Assembly: GCF_963921235.1 (NCBI RefSeq)
Contig: NC_086125.1
Span: 28,582,001-28,646,000 of the forward strand
Length of the DNA: 64,000 nt
Reading direction: 5' to 3'
From: Mobula hypostoma
Taxonomy: Eukaryota
The notes beneath the pieces were generated by a model. It did no database searches. It worked only from the letters and a program-made list of their open reading frames with translations, and had not been told where the DNA came from. The position numbers were made by a program, and so were the translations under genes. This document shows positions 12,089 to 23,914 of the stretch, piece after piece; position 1 is the stretch's first letter; every line of letters starts with the position of its first letter.

Positions 12089-12275
12089 TATTAAACAATC
12101 CAGCAACACATAAAATGTTGGAAAAATTCAGCAGGTTAAGCACCATCTGTGGTGGGGAATGAACAATCAACGTTCTGGGCTGAGGACCACAATCGCTGCC
12201 TGACCTGCTGAGTTCCTCTAGCATCTTTGTACGTTGTTCCAAATCAGCAGCATCTGCAGTCCTTTGTGTCTCTGT
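12089..12275. mobile_element. Inverted pair of PLE pLTR fragments (decayed)
   Basis: Minus arm gcaacacataaaatgttgg..., then plus arm gctgcctgacctgctgagttcctc...gcagtcctttgtgtc. Confidence 0.7.
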
Positions 12276-12394
12276 GGAACACTGGTGCCTGGGTGAGTCG
12301 GTTGCCCTTAAAAGCCAGCTACGGAAGGCTACATGAAGTAATTGGAATAGAAGATTTCATTGTCCAAAAATATTAAATGCAGGAGTCAGGACGT

Positions 12395-13460
12395 CTTGGT
12401 AAATTGTGGCAGATAAGAGAAGTCATAGACAACATTAAGGGAAAAGAGAGGGCATACAATGTAGCAAACATTAGTGGGAAGTTGAAGGATTGGGAAGCCT
12501 TTAAAAACCAACAGAAGGCAACTAATGAAGCCATAAGGAGAGAAAAGGTTAAATATTTACTTATTGAGATTCAGTGCAGATTTGGACCTTTGAGCCACAC
12601 CGCCCTGCAATCTCATGATTTCATTCTAGCCTAATTATGGGACAATTTACAATGGCCAATTAACCTACCAACCAGTACGTCTTTGCACTGTGGAAGGAAA
12701 CCACAACACCAGGCGGAAACCCACGTGGGTTATGAAGGTAAGCTAGCCAATAATATAAAAGAGCATACCAAAGGTTTTTTTTTCCAGACACTTAAGTAGT
12801 AAAAGGGAGATGAAACTGAATATTGGACTGCTGGAAAATAGTGCTGGGGAGGTAGTGGTGGGGGATAAAGAAATGGCAGATGAAGTTAATAAGTACTTTG
12901 TATCAGTCTTCACTGTGTTATTAGCAGTATGCTAGTAATTCAAGGGTGTCAGGGGACAGAAGTGAGTGTAGTTGCTATGACTAAAGAGAAGGTGCTAGCG
13001 AAACTGAAGGTCTGAAGGTAGATAATTCACATGGACCAGATGGACTACACCCCCAGGTTCTGAAAAAGGTAACTGAAGAGATTGTGCAGGCACCAGTAAT
13101 GATCTTTCAACAATCACTAGATTCTGGAATGGTTCCGGAGGACTAGAAAATTTCAAATGTCACTCCACTCTTTAAGAAGGGAGAGAGACAGAGGAAAGGT
13201 AGCCTGACTTCTGCAGTTGGAAAATGTTGGAGACCATTATTAAGGATGAGGTTTTGGGGTAGTTGGAGGCACATGCTAAAACAGACCAAAGGTAGCATAG
13301 GTTCTTGATTAGTCAGGGCATCAAAGGTTACAGGGAGAAGGCATGAGAATAGGATTGAGAGGGATAATAAATCGGCAATGATGGAATGGCAGAGCAGACT
13401 TGATGGGCTGAATGGCCTAATTCTGTGTCTATGTCTTATGATCTTATCTCGTATGGTCTT
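12395..13460 (+). mobile_element. CR1 family A fragments, with a SINE inserted at ~12553-12731
   Basis: Paralogous to 420-1150 (KDWEAFKNQQKA, ggaccagatggactacacccc), joined to a family A 3' end with ttatg tail. Confidence 0.85.
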
Positions 13461-13529
13461 GTTCTGACCACACCTAAAGATTTATGAATGACGCATTCCA
13501 CTGTATGTTTCATTGTGTATGTGAAAAAT

Positions 13530-13630
13530 AAATGAATCTAAATGTAAACGTGAACATGAATGTGAAACTGGATCAGAGTCTGAATGTGAGTATAAACATG
13601 AATCTGGATCTGAATGTGAATATGGATCTG
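13530..13630 (+). repeat. Degenerate hexamer expansion of a retroposon (tctgaa)n tail
   Basis: aatgaatctaaatgtaaacgtgaacatgaatgtgaa... directly after aataaa. Confidence 0.75.
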
Positions 13631-14231
13631 CGCTCCTCTCTCCGACATACCAGCCTGGGATCTGGGATCCACTGTGAGTGTTATGACATCACAAAGACAC
13701 TTCTGGACTGTTCATTTGTCTATTTAAGTCCAGCCATGCATGTAAACATTGGACTCTGCAAATGGTAGCTGTCAAATTCTTGTAAATATAAAAATTGGCT
13801 CTGGTTCCAGACCACTCATTCCCTTTCATTTATTTTTTATCTCTAAAATTACTATTAAACATTTAAACAATACAGTGCATTAAAACACTGGACTCTCACC
13901 AACACCATCTGTAACTGAATGTGCCCCAGACAAACGGAATTAAAGTCTCAAATGTGTGCGTGTGTGTGTGGTGACTGGAAGTCTTAAGTAATCCCAGCCC
14001 CATTCCTAATGAGGCCAAACTATCAGATCATCTACTTGACCACAGGACTCAGTCTGAAACAGCTAGGGTAGGGAATAGAAATCTCATCCTGGAGTGGCAG
14101 GAGCTGTCTAAGTGTGGACTGGAACCAAGGTGGGGGGGGGGGGGTCAAAGTCAGTAAGAACATCTAGAGAGCGGAAACAGAGGATCTTGAATCCCCAATC
14201 TGCTCCATCTTACGGCTGATCATCTACTTAC

Positions 14232-15068
14232 AACATAGAACATACATAGACCATTACAGCATAGTACGGCTCACAATGCTGTGCTGACCTTTGAAGCAAA
14301 TCTAACACCAATCTAACCCTTCCCTCCCACAGAGCTCCCCATTTTTCTTTCATTCACGTGCCTATCTAAAAGTGTCTTAAATATATCTCCCTCCACACAC
14401 CCACCACACTCTGTGTAAAACCTACCTCTGACATCCCCCTGACGAAGGGTCTCGGCCTGAAACGTCGACTGCACCTCTTCCTACAGATGCTGCCTGGCCT
14501 GCTGCGTTCACCAGCGACTTTGATGTGTATTGTCTGACATCCCCCTATACTTTCCTCCAATCACCCTGAAATTATACCCCCTCATATTAGCCATTTCCAC
14601 CCTGAGAAAAAGTCTCTGACTGTTCCCTTGATCTAAGCCTCTTATCATCTTAGACACCTCTATCAACTCAGCTCTTATTCTTCTTTGGCTCCAAAGAAAA
14701 AAGAGTTAGCTTGCTAAACCTTTCCTCATGAGATTTGCAGGCAACAACCTAGAAAATTTCCTTTACATCCTCTCTAAAGCTTCCACATTCTTCTTATGAA
14801 GTTGTGACTAGAAGTGAACACAATACTCCACTTGTGGTCTAACCAGAGTTTTACTGAGCTGCAACATTACATTGTGGCTTTGAATCGAATCCCCAACTAC
14901 ATTTTCTTCGTCACCCTATTGACTTGTGCAGCAACTTTGCGGGATCTATGGACACGGACTCTAAAATCCCTCTGTCCTCCACACTGCTAAGAATCCTGCC
15001 ATTAATCTTGCAAAATGTATTACTTCACAATTCTCCAGACTGAACTCCATCTGCCATTTCTCAGCCCT
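14232..15068 (-). mobile_element. CR1 3' portion, interrupted by a hammerhead-bearing pLTR insert
   Basis: catagaacat tail; reverse-complement CR1 RT C-terminus. Confidence 0.8.
14441..14532 (+). mobile_element. 92-bp PLE pLTR insertion with 14-bp target-site duplication
   Basis: TSD tctgacatccccct at 14427-14440 and 14533-14546; insert (ct)gacgaagggtctcggcctgaaacgtcgac...gatgtgtattg. Confidence 0.9.
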
Positions 15069-16188
15069 CAACTCCACCTACCCGCCAGATTCCCAGAAAA
15101 TCTCTGTAGTTGATTTAGTTGCTGCTGGAAGTTGTTGGGCTGTGGAGATTTCAGAGTGGGAGTTTCATATCACATTTATGCACTAAATCACTGAGGACCA
15201 GTGGCCAACAGTACGAGCCTCTGCTGTACCTCACCACCGGTGATAGCCAGCGAGAGCTAACGGCAAAAGGAATCTGGTGAGGGAGCAGCAGTGTGGGTAA
15301 AGTGCCTCCTCTGGAAAGGGCCATGATTCATCTTTCCTGAGATGAAAGAGAGAATGTGTGATGACTAATGTGTTTAAAACATTCTTGGAGTAGAATGATG
15401 TTTATTCTGGATGCCCTGGAAGCTGGTATGGTGACGCGATGACTAATACAGTGCAATGTGAGAAGGATTAAACAGACATCATTTTCAACTAAATTAATAC
15501 AAAATTTGCATTCAAATGTTTTCTAAAAAGCTGTTTCAATTTCCTCAATTGGACCGTAATTGCTCAGTAACCTCACAATATCCATTGAATTTCTTCCCAA
15601 TTGTTGCAGCTAATCTATAGAGTAGAGACAAACACAGGACGGCCTCAAGGGAGCAACGTAAGGAATGAAAGGCCTTCTTTGTCATGAATAAATAATGCAC
15701 TTCCACCAATCTTTATCACCCAGCTGAAGTAAAAGACATACTTCCAACTCTACGGTGACCCTTCAGTGGTGGATACTAAAAGCTCAAGATGGGTTACAAA
15801 CTCAGGGACAAATCAAGGTTTGACCCCACAACCTTCTGATCAGCACTGAGCTTGGATTCACTTCCTAATCACTTTGGGAGGTGATGGGGAGGGGGTTGTG
15901 GGGAAGACTTTTGGACAATCATCTCTATTATTCTTGGCTACTCCTTTAGTGAATATCAACCCTGGTTATAATGCATCCGATTTTTGTTATATCAGAACTT
16001 CCCCACAGAACTGTCCACCTCAACCATTGGATAATGACGGGTTATTCAGGATACAGGATACTCCATGCCTATTCAGTCTAAGGTAAGACAATTAGAATCT
16101 ATAGGAGATCACCCCAACTTGCTTGTTTATCAATGTACATCAGTCAAGTGCAGATTTAGATCTCCCTTACAGAAGCACATCTTATCAT

Positions 16189-16313
16189 AAACACAAGAGA
16201 TTGTGCAGATGCTGGAAATCCAGAGCAACACACAAACTGGCGGAAGAGCTCAGCAGGTTTGGCAGGATCTATGGAAATGAATAAACAGTCGATGTTTCAG
16301 ACGGAGACCCTTC
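16189..16313 (-). mobile_element. PLE pLTR fragment truncated inside the hammerhead core
   Basis: aaacacaagagattgtgcagatgctgg...gtcgatgtttcagacggagacccttca. Confidence 0.8.
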
Positions 16314-16444
16314 AAATTTATACTCATATTACCTCCCCCAACATACCAAAAGCCACGTATAGTTCTGTATATCTGGACTGGACTAAATTTTATCAATAAC
16401 TAATTCACTCCAAACCCCAGAATCTGATCTCGGAAAAACAATCA

Positions 16445-16900
16445 TGAGGTAATATTGCAGCTTTATAAAACTCTGTTGAGACCACACTTAACGTACTGTG
16501 TTCACTTCTAGTTGCCTCATTATAGAAAGTGTTATGTTTTGTAATTAATTCAAAGGAAGACCGGGAGTTCGGGAATCTGGGTGTAACATCATCTTTAAGC
16601 AAGGCACTTACTGTACATATCACATGGTAGTGTGATGATGTATACAATTAACATATTTTTACACATAACCCATAATGAATTATTTAATTGAACAAGAATG
16701 CTTAATCAAACAATATATATACAAAATTTCTCAAATATTATTAAAATATTAAATACACAACAGAAAGAACGTGGAAGCTTTAGAGAGGGCCCAGTGGAAA
16801 ATTACAAGGATGCTGTCTGGATTAGAGAGCATGTCTTATGATCAAAGGTTGAGTGAACTAGGGCTTTTCTCTTTAAGGTGAAAGAGGATGAGAGGTGACG
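16445..16900 (+). mobile_element. CR1 fragment hosting a solo LTR
   Basis: gaggtaatattgcagctttataaaac...gaggatgagaggtgac. Confidence 0.75.
16530..16762. mobile_element. Solo LTR (233 bp) of an LTR retrotransposon (Gypsy/BEL type, not resolved)
   Basis: TGTT...AACA termini flanked by exact 5-bp TSD GAAAG (16525-16529 and 16763-16767); the CR1 host is contiguous on removal. Confidence 0.85.
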
Positions 16901-19649
16901 GCAACTTAAAGATTAAAGATTATCTTTACTCGGAACGTGCACATCAAACGGGTTTGTTTTGTTGCTTGTTGCGTTGTGTTTTGCTGTGTTCTGTGTTGTT
17001 CTGCCGAGCATTGTGGGCATACTGTGTTGGCACCAGAATGTGTGGCAACACTTGCAGGCTGCCCCCAGCACATCCTTGCGATGTGTTGGTTGAGAATGCA
17101 AACGATGGACTTCACTGTGTGCTTCCATGTACAAGTGATAAATAAATCCGAATCTGAATCTATTCTGCGTGTGCTGGCACTGTGGTGAAGTTCCAGAGGC
17201 CTAGTCTGATCAGCCGGTGTTCTGAGTTCAGATCTCAGCATCACAGCTGGGGAGTTTAAACTGAGGTAATTAAACAAAGCTGGAATTAAAATATTGCAGA
17301 TGATGAAAATTTGAATTAAAAACAGAGAATCTCTGGTATCTTTCAAATCGTTTAAAAAGCATTTCAGATCAAAGTCTTTTCATCAGAACAAAACATCAAA
17401 TGAAAGCTCATTAAGCTGTAACAAAGAGAGAGTCATAGACTGTCAGAGTACAGAAACATGCCCTTTTGGCCCTGCTGGTCCAAGATACCCCATCCAAGTG
17501 AGTGCCATTTGCCAGAATTTCTCCCATAACCTTCGACACCTTTCCTATACATGTACCTGTCCAACTGTCTCTGAATAACCACTTCCTCTGGCAGCTGAAC
17601 ATCCACAACACACTTTGCATGAAACTGGTTGCCCCCCCAAGTTCCTATTAAATCTGTCCCTCTCATTTGAAACCTGGCACAACGACACACACCCGGAGAC
17701 ACAACACACATGTCTGGACCCAAAATGCCAATTGTCCGTTTGCCTCCACAGATGCTGCCTGGCCCTCAGAGTTCCTCCGTCATCTCATGAGTTGCCATCT
17801 AGTCTTTGATCCACCAACTCTGATGTATGCATGTCATAATTTCATACACCTGTACAAGGACGCCCCTCAGTGTTCTTGTGTTGAACTGCTTCTCTCCACA
17901 GATGCTGCCTGAACTGCTGAGGGATTCCAGCACTTCCTGTTTTTATATTAAATCAATATAGAATTGTCTCACCGAGGGAGAGTATGAAATGACCGTTGTG
18001 TTGTAAAGTACCCATCTGTTTCCTTCAGGGAAGGAAGCCTGTCATCCCGGGCCACATGGCACTATATTTGCATCGATGTGGTTGACTTTAAACTGCCATC
18101 CTCAGCTGAGGGGAGCGGGTAATACTCAGCCAGCTGCCCGCCAGTGTCTGCACATCTGGCAGACAGGCGAATCAAGGCTCTGGTGTTCACAGCCAGGTAT
18201 ACCTTCTCTGGAATGTTGTGAACATTCCCAATCCTGGAGGAACGTTGCCCCAAGGCACATCCCACCTGTGGGCAAGTCATGGCCTTGCGTGCTCCGGGAG
18301 TGCTTTGCCAGGCTCTGTCACTCAAATTTTTGAGAGAATCATTTTGCTTTGGCTGGGAACAAGAGGAGGAAAAGGGGCATCTCAAACTGATTGCCTGGTC
18401 AAGGGGAGAATATTTTTGAGACAGCTGTGCTTAAGGTCAAAGTCCAGAGGTCAAGAAGTCCAGAGGTAGAAGCTCGAAGGTTGAAGTCTAAAATCAGCAA
18501 GTCTGGAGCTAGAGGTCCGAAGGTTGAAACCCCTGGATTGGCTTATCCAGAGTTTAGAGGCCTGATGTCTGTGAGACTGCAAGTTCAGGCCAAGGATTGA
18601 AGGATGGAGGCCTGGTCCGAGAGTCCAGGGCCAAGGACTGGACGCCCTTCGATGGCCTATCCTGGGGTTGGGGGCCTGCCTGCCTGCGTGTGGGTAGGGG
18701 TGAAGGGACGGATATGGGCTTCGATTTGCTATTGTTGTCTTGCTTTGTTTTGTTGTTCTTGTTGCTTGCATTGCCTGTGGAGCATTATGGACTTGCTATG
18801 TCGGCACCAGAACATGCGACAACACTTGTGGGCTGCCCCCAGCACGTGTTAGTTGTTAATGCAAATAACACATTTCACTGTATATTTCAATGTAATCCTG
18901 ATAAATAAATGTGAATCAGAATGAGGCTCATTCTGGCTGCCGGAGGTGTGTGACGGTGTATGACAGCAGAGGTAAGAACTCTGGGAAACATTGATTGTGG
19001 TTGAGAGGGATGTCCAGGGAATTGCAACCTGGTCAGCTTTTCTCTGAGGCTGTGAAGGCGAAGAGTGGAGCTTTATCTACATATCAGCTATGGTGGACAT
19101 TATGGAGAGATGATTGGTTGAGGGAAAAGATGAGCTTGGCACAGAGAAAAGTCCCAAATAAAGATCCCCTCCCAAAACCCAATGCGTGGTTACCTGATAA
19201 GAACCAGAGACAGCTTGCAACAGGCGCATAATTTTTCCTTTGTAGTTTTTATAGGCAATTATGCAGTAATTACAGCTTTACTTAAAAATAAAGCATAGCC
19301 TTTCAACACCCATTATAATTAGACATTTCAGGAGTTTCGCTAACTTGCCGTTGGCAAGAACAGTGACACTCACTGGTGTGTAGGCCCAAAAACCCCTGGC
19401 ATACAAGGTGGCCATTTTGAAAAAGGATTGGGTTTGGATAAGGTGTAGATTGCTTTTTGCTCCTCAGCACTGATTCCTGACTGTAAAATCCTGCACCACA
19501 TCAAAAACTTCACCCTTTTCAGATCTGCCAATGACCAATGTCTTGTGAATAACTTCACCTGCCATGTCCATTGTGTAGAATGTGCCAACACTGAGCCGCC
19601 CACTCAGAGGTAGACCTGATTCTGAAGTGTTACGTTCTGCTTCACTGCT

Positions 19650-20048
19650 TCTCCGGGGATCATCACCACACTGTGGCAAAGAGGCTTGTGATTTTGTGAT
19701 TCTCAGAGTGATGCCATCTGCTGCTTAGCTCTTGGTAGGGTCACCCACGAGGTCAAGGGGGGAGTTCCAGACAAAGAGCGATCCGACCAAGACCCCCAGT
19801 GGCAGAAGATGACAACACATCACATTGGTAGTGAAGGTGGAGGAAGGCTGCAGCAGTGACAGGTGCCCAGTCATCGTGCATTGAATGCCACTGGACCCTG
19901 ATCCCGATCGTTCAAGGACCAAGTGGTGGCTGCCCATCCATCAGCCTCTCCACATTAAACAAAGTCCCGCACAGGCATTCCCCATTAAGCGAACCCACTG
20001 AAAACCCTTCAGGAGAACATGATAAGTGATGGTACTACTACTCCTACT
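19650..20048 (+). mobile_element. RTE-clade 5'-region-like remnant with (TAC)n-like tail
   Basis: gtggcaaagaggcttgtg...ggtagggtcaccca...ccagacaaagagcgatcc resembles RTE/Expander 5' UTRs (recognised by eye); ends ggtactactactcc. Confidence 0.4.
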
Positions 20049-20609
20049 CTTCCTCAGACCAGCACCCAGACCACTTGTACCAACATTCGCAGCCTGAATA
20101 CAGGGCAGGTCTTGAGAGGACGATCCCAAGGCGATGCTTCCAGAGAAAGAACAAGCACAGGGAGCCTCCCGAGCCTCCTCCACCATACAACAACACTGTG
20201 GCTGATCTGATTCTGATCTCAGATCTACCTGTCTGCTTGTTCCCCCTAATCCCACCCTCCCCCGTGGTCCAAATATCTACCCACCTCATTCTTTAATGTA
20301 TTTGATGACATTGCTTCCATGACTGGATGGACAATGACCCTGCCTTTTCTGTTCAGTGGAACGCAGAACCCCAAAGGTTCATAAAACCTCTGAGGAAAAT
20401 GAACCTTCCCTGCACCAGCCCACTGAGTGGCCATTCACTCACCCTGAGGCTAGCCCCTGTTCTAGACTCCCCTCAGGAGGGGAATTAATCCCTTGAGCAT
20501 CGACCCTGAAGAACCCTCCTCAGTATCACAGTTGTTTAGGTTAGGTTCTCTGCGGGCATCACACGAGCAGGGACCCTGGTGTATATGACAATAAACCAAT
20601 CCTGATTCT

Positions 20610-21060
20610 GAAACTCAAAGCCAAAATAAAGTTATTAGTGAAGTATGTTTTATGTCACCATATGCTACCTTGAAATTCCTTTTCTTGCAGTCATTCACAG
20701 GAAAATAAAGAAATACAATAGAATTTATGAATAAAACCCTACATGAACAAAGACTGACAACCAACCAATGTGCAAAAGAAATAAATTATACAAATAAAAA
20801 AAATAAATAAATAATACTGCAAACATGAGTTGTGAGTCCGTGAATGTGAGTGGTGCAGATTATGGATTCAATTCAGAGTTGAGGGGGGTGAAGTTACCCA
20901 TGATGGTTCAGGAGCCTGAAATGTAATAGCTGTTCCTGAACCTGATGGGATAGGATCCTATATCTCCTACCTGATGGTAGTAGTGAGCATGGACTAGATG
21001 GTAGGGGTCTTTGATGATCAATGCTGCTTTCCTGTGACAGTGTTCCTTGTAACTGTGCTC
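20610..21060 (-). mobile_element. Rex1-like LINE 3' fragment
   Basis: HCHRKAALIIKDPYH-type C-terminus (ORF 20908-21180). Confidence 0.7.
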
Positions 21061-21282
21061 CACGCAGGGGGGGCTTTGAAGTATGAATGGGGAAGACCCC
21101 TTCTTATACTTCCAAACTCCCGCGAGTATTGCCACAAGGGCAAAGTTCAGAGAACAAGTGGAGACAGAGACATAAGTCAAGGGCTAGAAAACTAGAGCTC
21201 AGGAGAAGAAGATATATTTAGCAGACCCCATGAAGTGATGTTGCAATTTAAATAAGAGAAGTTAGTTAACAAATGGCCAAAT

Positions 21283-21945
21283 TGGGGCGCCACAGTAGCG
21301 TTACAGTTCGCACGATGCTATTACAGCTCGGACCATTGGAGTTCAAAGTTCAATTTCAACATCCTCTGCAAGGAGTTTGTATGTTCTCCATGTGACCACA
21401 TGAGTTTCCTCCAGTTTCCTCCAACAATTCAAAGAAATAGCAGTTAGTAGGTTAGTAAGGGATCTCATGTTCCTATCAAATGTTGAAAGGCCCAGAGTAA
21501 ATGTGGAGAGGATGTTTCCTATAGTGGGGGAGTCTAGGACCAGAGGACATAACTTCAGAATAGAGGGATATCCATTTAGAACGGAGATGAGGAAGAATTT
21601 CTTCAGCCAGCAGGTGGTGAATCTGTGGAATTCATTGCAACAGGCAGCTGTGGAGGCCAGGTCATTGGGGGTATTTAAGGTAGAGGTTGAAAGATTATTG
21701 ATTAGTCAAGCATGAAAGAGTATGGGGTGAAGGCAGGAGAAGGGGTTGAGAGGGAAATGGATCAGCCATGATCAAATGGCAGAATAGAGTCAACGGGCCA
21801 AATGGCCTAATCCTGTTGCTATGTCTTATGGTCTAATGGTCTTAATTGGTCATTGTGAATTGTCCAGTGATTAGGCTAGGGTTAAAAAGTGGGTGCGGTT
21901 CATTGGGCTGCCAGGGCCGCTTCTGCACTGTATTTCTAAATTAAT
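21283..21945 (+). mobile_element. tRNA-derived SINE interrupted by a CR1 family A 3' end (~21462-21843)
   Basis: A/B-box-like head gtagcgttacagtt...agttcaattt; insert encodes RKNFFSQQVVNLWNS and ends in a ttatggtctaatggtc tail. Confidence 0.8.
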
Positions 21946-22580
21946 CAATCAATTATGTGATGAGGACAGGGCTGGAAGTCAGGATTCATACAATGAAACA
22001 GATATTATTTTATGCAGCAACACCATCAAAGGATGAGGAATGAGAATACCATGGATTAGACTCTAAACCATTTCACAATGAAAGTCACTGGATAGAGAAT
22101 TCACTCTTAAAGTTTATGTGCAGTTTAAGAGAAGGTAATTAGTCTTCTGTGCAAGCCTATCAATTATCTTCTTTCTGACATAGTGCCTTGTGTCCTGAAG
22201 GAATTCAACTTAGAAGAAACTTTAAGCAGAATCAGAATCAGGTTTATTATCACTGACACACAGTGCAATACATAAAATACATTATAAAATACCATCATAA
22301 ATATATGTATATTAAAAAAAATAAATCAATCGTGCAAAAAGAGACCAAAGTTAGTGAGGTGGTGCTCATGGTTCATTTTCCATTCAGAAATCTGATGGTG
22401 GAGGGGAAGAAGTTGTTCCTAAAAACATGGAATGCTTGTCTTCAGGTTCCTATATGGTAGGAATGAGAAGAGGGCAGGTCCTGAAGCAGGGTTTAGATAC
22501 GGAGTGAAACTGGCTGCCTGGAGGGACAGTGGGCACTGAGCCATTTGGGCACACTGGAGGGTAAATGCCCCTGCAGTGTG

Positions 22581-23346
22581 ATGGGATTGGCTGAGGGGGA
22601 TCTCCCGTAGGGAGCCCACATTACTCCGAAGCACTGAGTATGGGATTGGCTGAGGGGGATCTCCCGTAGGGAGCCCACATTACTCCGAAGCACTGAGTAT
22701 GGGATTGGCTGAGGGGGATCTCCCGTAGGGAGCCCACATTACTCCGAAGCACTGAGTATGGGATTGGCTGAGGGGGATCTCCCATAGGGAGCCCACATTG
22801 CTCCGAAGCACTGAGTATGGGATTGGCTGAGGGGGATCTCCCATAGGGAGCCCTCATTGCTCCGAAGCACTGAGTATGGGATTGGCTGAGGGGGATCTCC
22901 CGTAGGCAGCCCACATTGCTCCGAAGCACTGAGTATGGGATTGGCTGAGGGGGATCTCCCGTAGGCAGCCCACATTGTTCCGAAGCACTGAGTATGGGAT
23001 TGGCTGAGGGGGATCTCCCGTAGGGAGCCCACATTGCTCCGAAGCCCTGAGTATGGGATTGGCTGAGGGGGATCTCCCGTAGGGAGCCCACATTACTCCG
23101 AAGCAATGAGTATGGGGTTGGCTGAGGGGGATCTCCCATAGGGAGCCCACATTACTCCGAAGCACTGAGTATGGGATTGGCTGAGGGGGATCTCCCATAG
23201 GGAGCCCACATTGTTCCGAAGCACTGAGTATGGGATTGGCTGAGGGGGATCTCCCATAGGGAGCCCACATTGCTCCGGAGCACCGAGTATGGGATTGGCT
23301 GAGGGGGATCTCCCATAGGCAGCCCACATTGCTCCGAAGCACTGAG
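22581..23346. repeat. Minisatellite, 13 x 59 bp
   Basis: Unit atgggattggctgagggggatctcccgtagggagcccacattactccgaagcactgagt; exact 59-bp period, few substitutions. Confidence 0.98.
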
Positions 23347-23439
23347 CGGCCTCTTTCTGTGCTGCTGTGATTCTAAGATGCCGAGTGAGTTCACTGGTTG
23401 GTTTTGCTTACCCCAATGCACGCTGAGTTCCGTGAGCTC

Positions 23440-23880
23440 ACCGTACCCCACCTGAGCAAACCACTGCCTCAGTAAAACTTTCCATCAAATGCCTGGCGTA
23501 CTAAATAACACACTGCATTTATCTCTGTCGGTTAAATGCCAAATGTCTCCGGAAAAATTGAGGGCATGGGCTGACTATGACATCATGCCTCCCAGAATAC
23601 ATTGCAGGTGATAAGGCCCATTAAATTCTCAATCTCTCAAAGCAGCACCTGGCTCCCGTGCCTGAAAAAATATTTTGCTTTCAACAGCAAAGAAGCTACA
23701 TTGTGTTTCCCATTTTGGAATGGAATATGTTAGAAGGCAATATGTTATGTACAGCCACAGACCTTTAGCTTTCTTAATGGTTAATTTCTCTGATCTTTGA
23801 GCAGTGAAAGTTAGGGCTATGTAGTAACTGTTGTAATTTTTTGCAGTATTATATATTAAACTTGTGTCTGCCATCTACAA
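23440..23880. promoter_or_regulatory. Repeat-free island, candidate conserved non-coding element
   Basis: No TE motif; gataag, attaa, caggtg and cacctg sites. Confidence 0.3.
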
Positions 23881-23914
23881 GTTTGACTCAGTGGCCAGTT
23901 ACAGGTTATTGTAT

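Noticed and set aside
16009-16088. Possible internal exon (cag...AG|gtaaga)
   Set aside because: Two frames contain stops, the open frame resembles nothing I recognise, and the polypyrimidine tract is weak.
22581-23346. CRISPR-like array or tandem hammerhead (retrozyme) reading of the 59-bp repeat
   Set aside because: There are no unique spacers, only head-to-tail units; no cas genes; CTGAGGG...GAAG does not match the CUGANGA...GAAA core.
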